DNA of 64,000 nucleotides. It comes from Alphaproteobacteria bacterium. Its GTDB lineage: Bacteria; Pseudomonadota; Alphaproteobacteria; UBA828. The stretch's first letter is position 1. Every line of letters begins with the position of its first letter. Made by a program: the position numbers and the translations under genes. Below, in pieces: positions 39,579 through 48,266 of the stretch. Under the pieces are notes generated by a model that did no database searches, was not told the DNA's origin, and saw nothing but the letters and a program-made list of their open reading frames with translations. Location: the NCBI GenBank assembly GCA_965214705.1, contig OZ243972.1:768001-832000 (forward strand). The letters are read 5' to 3'.

Positions 39579-40727
39579 CTATTCCTCGAGCCCCCAAAGC
39601 TTGAAGAACCCTTGCCTGACCTTGTCGCCATAGCCGACCGAGTAGGCTGCGGGGGTGCCGGCTTCGGTCACGTTCGACGAATCCCAGATGCGCATCGGTA
39701 TCTTCCGATCAACCGGGGGATTCTCTTCGCCGAGCAGAAGCCGAGCGGCCAGGTCAAGGAGCGACAGTCCGATGTGTTCGTTGCTCTCGCCCACATCCAT
39801 CAGCACGTAGTCACCCTTGGCAATCTCATCGAGGACCGATGGCGTGCCGGCGTAAGTGACGACGTGTACCGTGCCGGGATCCGCCAGTTGCCTGAGCACC
39901 GGCACGATGTAAGGCGTTTCCGGGTCATAGAGCGGCAGGATGTAGTTAAGCTCCGGATCGGCCAGCATCGCGCCCCGCACTGCGGCAGGCACCGTGGTCG
40001 CCCATTGCGCTACGGTCGCGTTCGCAATCGAAACTTCACAGTTCGGACAGTACTTTTCCAGCCCGTCCACGATCGCCTTGGTCTGAACCGGCGAACCGGT
40101 GATTTCATCCGACTTGATGATCAGCACATGCGCGTTGCCCTCGGAGTGCAACGCGGTGTACGCCGCTTGCAGGAGGCCGCAAATCTCGTAGGGCGCCCCC
40201 ACCGTCGCCTCGACATTGGCTGAGATACCCTGCGTGAGCCCGGACGCATGAGAATCCATCACCTTGATGCCGGCGGCCTTGGCTTCCGCGAGTTGCGGAC
40301 CCAGGAGCCGCGGATCCGAGCCTCCCGTCAGGTCGATGACCGCAGCACCATCTGTGATGGCTTGCGCGATCCCCCGCTGATGTTCGGCCAGCGATCCCTG
40401 ATTCTGCCAATCCTTGAACTGGAAGCCGATGATCGGCTCGAGCTTGCGAATGCTGGAGTAGATGCCTTCGGTGAACGGGTTGGCACTGGTCACCGAAATG
40501 CCATAGATCAACTTGCCACCGAGCGCCGCCTTGATGTCGATCGGGTCTCCCGGAGCCACAAAGTCCGGCTCGCCCCGGTAGCTGGCGATCAACTCTTCGA
40601 GTTCAGCCCTGAGTTCCGGCGTCAGGCTGGATTCTTCCGCCGTGCCATTCGACGAAAACCCAACCAACGCCACGGATGCCGCGAGCAGACCGACGGCGGC
40701 TATCCTCTTTGGTTTCAAAAAGTTCAT
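39579..40727 (-). CDS. Periplasmic substrate-binding protein (sugar-type fold)
   Basis: Signal peptide MNFLKPKRIAAVGLLAASVAL; first gene of the ABC operon. Confidence 0.82.
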   Translation of the reverse strand: MNFLKPKRIAAVGLLAASVALVGFSSNGTAEESSLTPELRAELEELIASYRGEPDFVAPGDPIDIKAALGGKLIYGISVTSANPFTEGIYSSIRKLEPIIGFQFKDWQNQGSLAEHQRGIAQAITDGAAVIDLTGGSDPRLLGPQLAEAKAAGIKVMDSHASGLTQGISANVEATVGAPYEICGLLQAAYTALHSEGNAHVLIIKSDEITGSPVQTKAIVDGLEKYCPNCEVSIANATVAQWATTVPAAVRGAMLADPELNYILPLYDPETPYIVPVLRQLADPGTVHVVTYAGTPSVLDEIAKGDYVLMDVGESNEHIGLSLLDLAARLLLGEENPPVDRKIPMRIWDSSNVTEAGTPAAYSVGYGDKVRQGFFKLWGLEE

Positions 40728-41160
40728 TGTTAGCCTCCCATGAATTTCTAGTTAGTCTTTTGCGGCAATGAGATTTAGTTCTCATGCCTTTGCCGCGACC
40801 CGAGCCCGCCAATCCCACGGGATGGTGCGTTGCCATTCTCAAGCGCGTATCGAAAGATTAGTGAGAAATGTAGCGCGATCCCCCCACTCGTGCTCTGCCT
40901 GCCTTTCAACTCAACGAATCGGCGAAAACCACGGCGCGCGCATCGCATTCGATGCAGATCGGCGGCACGCTATTAGGCTTAGCAGATGGGGTGGAGGCCC
41001 ACAAGACGAAAGGCTGGAGGACGCCGGGGAGCGAACAGGCGATGAGCCCTCATGGCAAATCGCAATGGGCGCATCAGCGAGGCAAGGCTGACTCCTCCGG
41101 CCGTACCGAGAGCTTTCCAGCCTCGGGACAGCGCGCCCGCTGCCGCAGCCGATCTTGGCG

Positions 41161-42270
41161 TCAAACCTCCGTCCGTACGGCGTCCGCCGCGAGCGGCGCA
41201 AGCCGCGCCGGACTGAAAGGCGCGAGGTCCACGCGGCTGCTTGCACCATCGGCGATCAGCTCAGCCACCGCCTCGCCCGTGGCCGGGGCGTTCAGCATCC
41301 CCCACACGCTGTGCGCGGTCGCCACATAGGCGCCTTGAATACCGGGGACGGCGCCGATGAGCGGCAACCCGTCCTCGACCACAGGGCGATAGCAGGCCTG
41401 CTCCGCCAGCACCTCCGCATCGCCGAGCGCGGGCGCAACCTGCGCCGTCATGGCGCGGAGACGGGCCGCGCCGCCTTCCTCCGGCGCCACGGCGGCAGGA
41501 TCCACCGGCAACGGCGCCTCGCTGGAAAGGCCGCAGACATATGTCGTGCCGTCGGGGCGGGGATAGACCTCCGGCGAGGCAAAGTCGCCCGTCGCCGTCT
41601 CGAGCTCCACGAAGAGCGCGTAGGGCACCGGCTTGGGCGTGTAACGGAAGACCACGCTGTGACCCTTCAGGCCGTAGATCGCCGGCAGCGGCAGCCAGCG
41701 GCTCGCGAGCACCGACCAAGGGCCCATGGCGATGACGACCGCATCGCCCGCGACCTCCTGTCCGTCCACCACGGCGCCACGCACGCCGCCGCCCTCGCCG
41801 AACATGAGGCCGTTGACGCTGCCCATGAGCAGGCGCGCGCCCGCTCCAATCGCCGCGCGCATCATGGCCTTGGTGAAGTCCGCCGGGTTGACCTGGGCCG
41901 TGGTTTCGCTGGTGCCGAGCCGGCGGTGAACGGCCGAATCCTGCGCCAGCCAGCCGGGCCCGTCGAGCCGCCGGAAGGAACCCACGTCCCGTCGCGCGCT
42001 GGCAACCACGCCGAGCGTGTCGAGCCTGCGGTAGCCCCACTCGTCGTCGATCGTCACGGCAAGCTCGGCGTGCAAGGCGAAGCTGCGCCGCGCCAGGGGC
42101 TCGACCGGCGAGCCGTCGCACCAGTCGAGCGCCAGAAACCCGCCCGACTTGCCCGAGGCCGCGTTGGCGATGCCGGTGCGCTCAATCACCACGGGCTCGA
42201 TGCCGCGCTGGCCGAGGAAGTAGGCGATCGACGTGCCGATCACGCCGCCGCCGCAGATCAAGACGCGCAT
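41161..42270 (-). CDS. FAD-dependent oxidoreductase (DAO family)
   Basis: GGGVIG, ASGKSGGF, QACYRP...DGLPLIG, HSVWGMLNAPATG. Confidence 0.88.
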   Translation of the reverse strand: MRVLICGGGVIGTSIAYFLGQRGIEPVVIERTGIANAASGKSGGFLALDWCDGSPVEPLARRSFALHAELAVTIDDEWGYRRLDTLGVVASARRDVGSFRRLDGPGWLAQDSAVHRRLGTSETTAQVNPADFTKAMMRAAIGAGARLLMGSVNGLMFGEGGGVRGAVVDGQEVAGDAVVIAMGPWSVLASRWLPLPAIYGLKGHSVVFRYTPKPVPYALFVELETATGDFASPEVYPRPDGTTYVCGLSSEAPLPVDPAAVAPEEGGAARLRAMTAQVAPALGDAEVLAEQACYRPVVEDGLPLIGAVPGIQGAYVATAHSVWGMLNAPATGEAVAELIADGASSRVDLAPFSPARLAPLAADAVRTEV

Positions 42271-42428
42271 CCGCGCCTCGCCGCGGCCGACCATCGCCAC
42301 CAGCTAAACATTACGGCTTCCTCATTGGGCCTGAAGCATCAAACCCTGCGCTGGCCCTGCTGCGGTTGCAACAGCCAACTTGTCCGCTACAGTCGGCGCC
42401 CTTTTGACCCACGGATGGACAGACACTC

Positions 42429-42812
42429 ATGCTCAACCGCGAGGAACTGATCGCCTTGGTCGAGGACGCCTACTTCTTCAACGTCGACAACAAGAACCTG
42501 GAGCCTGCGGTCGCGTGCTTCGCGGAAGATGCCGAGATCCACGTCCAATCGGCGCACGTGAGCCATGTCGGGCACGATCAGATCAGGCGCATGTTCAAAG
42601 ACTTCATGACTGCGACCAAGATCATCTACCACGGCGATTTCAGCCACGTGGTGGACGTGGAGAGTCAGTGGATCGCCTCGCAGTTCGTCGCCCGCAATGA
42701 CTATGACGACGGCCGCCACGTGGAGATGCGCAACTGCAACTTCTTCCAGATCGAAGACGACCGCTTCAAGCGCGTGACCATCTACATGACCGACGAGAAC
42801 CCGCTGGTTTAG
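42429..42812 (+). CDS. NTF2/SnoaL-like protein
   Basis: 127 aa, YFFNVD...CFAEDA...GHDQIRRMF...CNFF...RVTIY. Confidence 0.75.
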   Translation: MLNREELIALVEDAYFFNVDNKNLEPAVACFAEDAEIHVQSAHVSHVGHDQIRRMFKDFMTATKIIYHGDFSHVVDVESQWIASQFVARNDYDDGRHVEMRNCNFFQIEDDRFKRVTIYMTDENPLV

Positions 42813-42889
42813 TTTTGCTCCGGTCGCCCTTCCTTGCGGCGATGGGCGTCATTCGCCAGACTCGCGGCCGGCACAGGTGAGGAACAGGC

Positions 42890-43900
42890 ATGAGCGACCG
42901 CCCGCAGATCGACCCGCCCTACCTGCTCTTCCTCGGCGACGCGCGCGACGCGCTCGCCGCCAAGACCGCGCGCGGGGTGTTCGTCTTTCGGCCGGAGTGG
43001 TGCCTCGGCCAGCTCAGGCTGCCGGGCTGCAAACCCCGCCTCGATCTGCCCGAGATGACGGTCGAGGAAGCGGCGGCCAAGGGCGCGAAGTGCCTCATCG
43101 TCGGCGTCGCCAATGCGGGCGGCGTGGTCTCAGACAGCTGGACCGCCACCCTCGTGGCGGCACTCGAAGCGGGCCTCGACGTGGCGAGTGGGCTTCATGT
43201 GCGGCTCAGCGACCTACCGGCGGTGCGCGATGCGGCCGAGGCCAACGGCCGGCATCTCTTCGACGTGCGCCATCCGTCCCAGGAGTTCAAGGTGGGCACG
43301 GGCATCCGCAGGGCCGGCAAGCGCCTGCTCACGGTGGGCACCGACGCCTCGGTGGGCAAGATGTACGCCACGCTCGCGCTCGAAGCCGAATGGCGCCGGC
43401 GCGGCGTCCCCTGCACCTTCCGCGCGACCGGGCAGACCGGCATCTTCGTCGCCGGCCGCGGAGTCTCCGTCGATGCGGTGGTGGCCGACTTCATCTCCGG
43501 CGCCACCGAGTGGCTCACCCCCGAGAACGACCCAGATCACTGGGACCTTGTCGAGGGGCAGGGCTCGCTCCACCACCCCTCCTACGCGGGCGTGACGCTC
43601 GGCCTGATCCACGGCGCCCAGCCGGACGCCATCGTGGTCTGCCACGAGCCGACACGGACCAACATGCGGGGCCTGCCGGACTGGCCGCTGCCCGAGCTCG
43701 GCGCCTCCATCGAGGCCAACCTGCAGGCGGCGCGGCTCACCAATCCCGACGTTGTCTGCGCAGGTATCTGCGTCAACACCGAGGCGCTGGCAGAGGCGGA
43801 GGCGGAGGCGTTGCTGGCTGAGTTGGGCACCGCCCACGGCCTGCCCTGCGTCGATCCGATCCGCACCGGCGTGGGCCCGATCGCCGACCGCGTGATCTAG
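42890..43900 (+). CDS. dgcN: DUF1611 protein / D-glutamate N-acetyltransferase
   Basis: AAKTARG, GTDASVGKM, TGQTGI, VEGQGSL; adjacent to the epimerase gene. Confidence 0.85.
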   Translation: MSDRPQIDPPYLLFLGDARDALAAKTARGVFVFRPEWCLGQLRLPGCKPRLDLPEMTVEEAAAKGAKCLIVGVANAGGVVSDSWTATLVAALEAGLDVASGLHVRLSDLPAVRDAAEANGRHLFDVRHPSQEFKVGTGIRRAGKRLLTVGTDASVGKMYATLALEAEWRRRGVPCTFRATGQTGIFVAGRGVSVDAVVADFISGATEWLTPENDPDHWDLVEGQGSLHHPSYAGVTLGLIHGAQPDAIVVCHEPTRTNMRGLPDWPLPELGASIEANLQAARLTNPDVVCAGICVNTEALAEAEAEALLAELGTAHGLPCVDPIRTGVGPIADRVI

Positions 43901-43912
43901 GAGCCGACGCCG

Positions 43913-44896
43913 GTGAGCCGGCGCCTCGCCGTTCGCCTCGAATCCTGGCCGCTCGCGAGTGCCTTTCGCATCTCCCGCGGCGCAAAGACCGAGGCCCACG
44001 TCGTCGTTGCCGAGATCGCCGATGGCCCGCACATCGGTCGGGGCGAGGCGGTCCCCTACCCCCGTTACAACGAGACGCCCGAGGGGACGCGCGCCGAGAT
44101 CGAAGGCGTGCGAGACGCCGTGGAAGGCGGTCTCGTCCGCGAAGGTCTGCTGGAGATGCTGCCGCCGGGCGCTGCCCGCAATGCGCTGGACTGCGCGCTC
44201 TGGGACCTGGAGGCGAAGCAGGCGGGCCGCCCGGCCTGGGCGCTGGCGGGCCTGGAGGCGCCGCAGCCGTGCATCACCGCCGTGACGCTCAGCCTCGATA
44301 CGCCGGAGAAGATGGGCGCGGCCGCCGCCCGCCACGCCACGCTCCCTCTGCTCAAGCTCAAGGTCACCGGCGAAGGCGACCTCGCGCGCATCGAGGCGGT
44401 CCGTGCGAACGCGCCCGGTGCCCGGCTGATCGTGGACGCGAACGAGGGCTGGACCGTGCCGATGCTGGAGGAATATTTGCCGGCCTTTGCCGACCTCGGG
44501 GTCGAGATGGTGGAGCAGCCGCTGCCCGCGGCGGACGATGCCGCGCTCGAAGGACGGCAGTTCGCGATCCCGCTCTGCGCCGACGAGAGCTGCCACACGC
44601 GCGAAGACCTAACGCGGCTCGCCGGCCGCTACCCGATGGTCAACGTCAAGCTGGACAAGACCGGGGGGCTTACCGAGGCGCTAGCGCTCGCGATGGAGGC
44701 GCGGACCATGGGGTTCGACATCATGGTGGGCAGCATGGTCGGCACCTCGCTCGGCATGGCGCCGGCGGCGCTGCTCGCCGGCTTCGCCGACTACGTTGAT
44801 CTCGACGGCCCGCTGCTGCTCGCCCGCGACCGCTCGCCGGGACTGAGCTACGACGGCGCGGTCATGGCGCCGCCTGAGCCTGCACTCTGGGGGTAG
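43913..44896 (+). CDS. dgcA: N-acetyl-D-Glu racemase / L-Ala-D/L-Glu epimerase (enolase superfamily)
   Basis: FRISRG, KLK, DANEGW, EQP, ADES, NVKLDKTGG, DLDG. Confidence 0.85.
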   Translation: MSRRLAVRLESWPLASAFRISRGAKTEAHVVVAEIADGPHIGRGEAVPYPRYNETPEGTRAEIEGVRDAVEGGLVREGLLEMLPPGAARNALDCALWDLEAKQAGRPAWALAGLEAPQPCITAVTLSLDTPEKMGAAAARHATLPLLKLKVTGEGDLARIEAVRANAPGARLIVDANEGWTVPMLEEYLPAFADLGVEMVEQPLPAADDAALEGRQFAIPLCADESCHTREDLTRLAGRYPMVNVKLDKTGGLTEALALAMEARTMGFDIMVGSMVGTSLGMAPAALLAGFADYVDLDGPLLLARDRSPGLSYDGAVMAPPEPALWG

Positions 44897-44983
44897 CTCG
44901 CCTAAAATTCTTTACCGATTGATCTATAGTAAAGATTGAAATATGGTTTGTCTGAATTGGCCGCGCAAAAATAGGACGACCTC

Positions 44984-45211
44984 ATGCCGCGCGTGAGCGC
45001 GAAGCGTCAGATTACGCTCCCCATCGATCAGTGCAGAGAAGTCGGGATCGGGCCGGGGGACGAATACCGCAGCTATGTTGCCGGTGGCCGCATCACCATC
45101 GTGCGGAAGACCGCTGGTGCCGCCAAGGGTTTCTTGCGCCATGTAGCCGGCGATCCCGCCGTCAGCGACGAGGAATCCCTGCAGGACGCGCTTGACGAGC
45201 CAAAGTCTTGA
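44984..45211 (+). CDS. AbrB/MazE-like antitoxin
   Basis: RVSAKRQITLP...GIGPGD; 4-nt overlap with the PIN gene. Confidence 0.85.
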   Translation: MPRVSAKRQITLPIDQCREVGIGPGDEYRSYVAGGRITIVRKTAGAAKGFLRHVAGDPAVSDEESLQDALDEPKS

Positions 45212-45642
45212 TCGCCGTCGACACCAATGTCTTGCTTCGCTATCTGCTGCACGACGATGAGGCCCAGGCGGCGCGGGCGAACGCTGTTTTCGATGCTGCC
45301 GAAACCGTTCTGATCACGGACGTCGTACTTGCGGAAACCGTGTGGACGCTCTCCGGCCGCAAGTATCGGCTGGCCAAGGCCGAGCTGGCGGCGGTCCTCG
45401 AACGGCTGTTCAGCGAGCCGAATATCCGTTTCGAGGACGATCAGGTGGTTTGGCGCGCCTTGCAGGCGTACAAGAGCGCCGCGCCAGTGGACGAGGCCGG
45501 GTCGGGGAAGGGCGCCGGCTTCGTTGATGCGTTGATCGTGTTCAAGGCGCTGCGCACCGCATCGGGCTCCGGCGAGACGTTGAACGGCGTCTACACTTTC
45601 GACGCGGCCATGGGGCAGCTACCGCACACTGTATCGCTCTAG
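45208..45642 (+). CDS. vapC: VapC-type PIN-domain toxin
   Basis: IAVDTNVLLRY, VLAETVW, FVDALI, YTFD. Confidence 0.88.
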   Translation: MIAVDTNVLLRYLLHDDEAQAARANAVFDAAETVLITDVVLAETVWTLSGRKYRLAKAELAAVLERLFSEPNIRFEDDQVVWRALQAYKSAAPVDEAGSGKGAGFVDALIVFKALRTASGSGETLNGVYTFDAAMGQLPHTVSL

Positions 45643-45752
45643 CCCCCAACTCTTATCGGGGCTGTAGCCTTGTTTCCGTGCACCCGATCTGAAATTCTGG
45701 CGGGGCAATCGGAAAGGCCCGGCCAGCACCGGGCCGGCACAGCGAGGAGGCG

Positions 45753-46406
45753 ATGGGCCGCCTGTTGGACCTCGGGGAGCGGGTGGAGCTCGTCTCCATG
45801 GACCCGCACTTCCATGACATCAGCATCTCCCTCTACCGCGAGACCGGGGAAGGCGGCGCCTCGGGCTATCTCGCGCACAGCTACAGCGGGAAGGAAGGCA
45901 CTACCGAGCGGTTGGCGTTCGTGATGCGGGCGATGGCTGTGATGGGCGGCATGGTGCCGGCGCCGGGCCAGCCGGGGCGCCTCGCTTTCGCGTGCGGCGA
46001 AGAACACCGGGCGGCGGTGAAGCGGCTTTTCCTCGAAGCCTGCAAGAAGGCGCCGGATTCCGAGGTCGCGGCACTGCCCATGAGCATCTACGACAAGAAG
46101 AACGACTTCACCATCGACGCCACAGCCACAGGCAGCGGGGGCTACCGGCTTGCTGTCGCAGGCGGTGAGGGCGATGACAAAGTGGCGCGGCGCGTGGACG
46201 GCGTGACCAGGGGGCTGATCAAGCTCGCCGAGATGGAGCCCGGCGCCGAGCTGGGCGAGGCCCGCTTCGCCTGCGGCACGACCCACGACGAGCTGGTGGG
46301 CCTCCTGCTCGGCCGGGCGCTCAACGTCCGCGCCGCCATGCGCGAGGCGGAGGCTGCGGCGGCGCGGGGCGTCCTCGCCGCGCCGAGCGCACAACAACAG
46401 ACCTGA
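45753..46406 (+). CDS. Hypothetical protein, first gene of the corrinoid methyltransferase operon
   Basis: RBS GAGGAGG, host-like codon usage, 18-nt gap to the next gene; no family recognised. Confidence 0.7.
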   Translation: MGRLLDLGERVELVSMDPHFHDISISLYRETGEGGASGYLAHSYSGKEGTTERLAFVMRAMAVMGGMVPAPGQPGRLAFACGEEHRAAVKRLFLEACKKAPDSEVAALPMSIYDKKNDFTIDATATGSGGYRLAVAGGEGDDKVARRVDGVTRGLIKLAEMEPGAELGEARFACGTTHDELVGLLLGRALNVRAAMREAEAAAARGVLAAPSAQQQT

Positions 46407-46424
46407 GGGTCGGGAGCGGAAGCG

Positions 46425-47468
46425 ATGACGGCAGTACCCTCGATGACCAGCCGCGAGCGGGTGCTCGCGGCGCTGAAACGCAAGCCGGTGGATCGCACGC
46501 CCGTGTGCAACCCCACCTCGGTCGCGACAGTGGAGCTGATGGACCTGGTGGACGCGAACTTTCCGTTCGCGAACCGCGACCCGGAGCTGATGGCGCGGCT
46601 CGCCGCCACCAGTTACACCGAGCTCGGCTTCGACAGCATCATGCCGGTCTTCTCGATCATCCAGGAATCGTCTGCGCTTGGCTGCAAGATGCAGTGGGAG
46701 CAGAAGGACAACTGGCCAACCGTGCGCATGCGCGAGCCGATCTGGGAGGACGTCGACGACATCCGCATTCCCAACGACTTCCTCCTGCACCCGGACATGG
46801 CGTGCGTAATCGAGGGGATCCGCATGCTGCGCCGCGAGTTCGGCGACGAGGTCGCGATCATCGGCAAGACCATGGGGCCGTGGACCCTCGGCTATCACTG
46901 CTTCGGGGTGGAGCCCTTCCTGCTCATGTCGCTCGACGATCCGGGCAAGACCAAGCTCGCGCTCGACCGCATGAAGGAGGCGACGATCGTCTTCGGGCTG
47001 GCACAGATCGAAGCAGGCGCGGATGCGCTCACCGTCCCCGATCACGCCACCGGCGATCTGGTGAGCGCCGACTACTACAAGCGCTTCCTCAGGGACCTTC
47101 ACATCGAGTTCGTGGAGCGCCTTCCGGTGCCGCTTATCCTCCACATCTGCGGGCGCACCGTGGACCGCATGGGCTATATCGCAGAGACCGGGATCGCCGC
47201 CTTCCACTTCGATTCCAAGAACGCACCGTCCGAGTCCATGGCGGCGATGGACGACAGAGTGTCGCTGGTCGGCAACATCAACAACCCCGAGACGCTGTTC
47301 GCCAAGGGGCCGGAGGACGTGCGCAAAGAGGTCTACGCCAATCTCGACGCCGGCGTGCAGGGGGTCGGGCCGGAATGCGCCATCCCGCTCCAGACCTCGG
47401 TCGAGAACCTGCGCGAGATTCCGCTGGCGGTGCGCGACTGGCATGCCGAGCATGGCAGCCCGCTCTAA
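46425..47468 (+). CDS. MtaA/CmuA-family (URO-D fold) corrinoid methyltransferase
   Basis: MTSRERVLAAL...VDRTP, GPWTL, zinc motif LHICG...PECAIP, LVGNI. Confidence 0.87.
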   Translation: MTAVPSMTSRERVLAALKRKPVDRTPVCNPTSVATVELMDLVDANFPFANRDPELMARLAATSYTELGFDSIMPVFSIIQESSALGCKMQWEQKDNWPTVRMREPIWEDVDDIRIPNDFLLHPDMACVIEGIRMLRREFGDEVAIIGKTMGPWTLGYHCFGVEPFLLMSLDDPGKTKLALDRMKEATIVFGLAQIEAGADALTVPDHATGDLVSADYYKRFLRDLHIEFVERLPVPLILHICGRTVDRMGYIAETGIAAFHFDSKNAPSESMAAMDDRVSLVGNINNPETLFAKGPEDVRKEVYANLDAGVQGVGPECAIPLQTSVENLREIPLAVRDWHAEHGSPL

Positions 47469-47508
47469 GGCCTTGTGACACCCTGTCCGTTTTACCACTG
47501 AGTCCCCG

Positions 47509-48258
47509 ATGGCCGAGCTTGCCGACATCGCCAACGCGGTGATCCGCGACGAGATCGAGGAGTTTCTCGAGCGCCCGGACGAGATCGAGCGCAACGTCGC
47601 GCTGTTCGCGCGCGTGCGGCCCGAGATGCAGGACATCGCTGCCGCGTTGATCGAGGGCGACAATCACACGGTGGACGCGCTCACCGCCAAGGCCCTGGAG
47701 GAGGGCACCGAGGCGCTGGAGATCATGGACGATGGTTTGATCGCCGGCATGGGGATCGTCGGCATCAAGTTCCGCGAGAATTTCATCTTTGTGCCCGAGG
47801 TGCTGGCGTGCGCGCGTGCGATGAAGGCGGGCATGGCCCATATCGAGCCGATCCTGTCGGCCTCGGGCGTCGAGCCCATCGGCACCGTGATCATGGGCAC
47901 GGTCAAGGGCGACCTCCACGACATTGGCAAGAACCTCTGCATCATGATGCTTTCCGGCGCGGGCTTCGACGTGGTCGACCTTGGCGTGGACACGTCGGAA
48001 GACGAGTTTATTGCCGCGCTCGAGGAACACGGGGCGCCGATCATGGGCATGTCCGCGCTGCTCACGACGACGATGCCGAACATGGGCAAGACCATCGAGG
48101 CGCTGATCGACGCCGACATTCGCGACGACGTGATGGTAATGGTGGGGGGCGCGCCGGTGACCCAGGAGTTCGCCGACGACATGGGCGCCGACGGCTATGG
48201 CAAGGACGCGCTCTCCTGCGTGGCGCTCGCCAAGAAGCTGATGGAAGAGCGCGGTTAG
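47509..48258 (+). CDS. Corrinoid (cobalamin-binding) protein
   Basis: Cap motif FVPEV, GDLHDIGKN (DxHxxG), SALLTTT, GGAP. Confidence 0.92.
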   Translation: MAELADIANAVIRDEIEEFLERPDEIERNVALFARVRPEMQDIAAALIEGDNHTVDALTAKALEEGTEALEIMDDGLIAGMGIVGIKFRENFIFVPEVLACARAMKAGMAHIEPILSASGVEPIGTVIMGTVKGDLHDIGKNLCIMMLSGAGFDVVDLGVDTSEDEFIAALEEHGAPIMGMSALLTTTMPNMGKTIEALIDADIRDDVMVMVGGAPVTQEFADDMGADGYGKDALSCVALAKKLMEERG

Positions 48259-48266
48259 GCCGGCCG

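Noticed and set aside
44909-44935. TCTTTAC-13 nt-GTAAAGA inverted repeat upstream of the second TA pair
   Set aside because: Plausible operator, but only 7 bp in AT-rich DNA; too weak to call.
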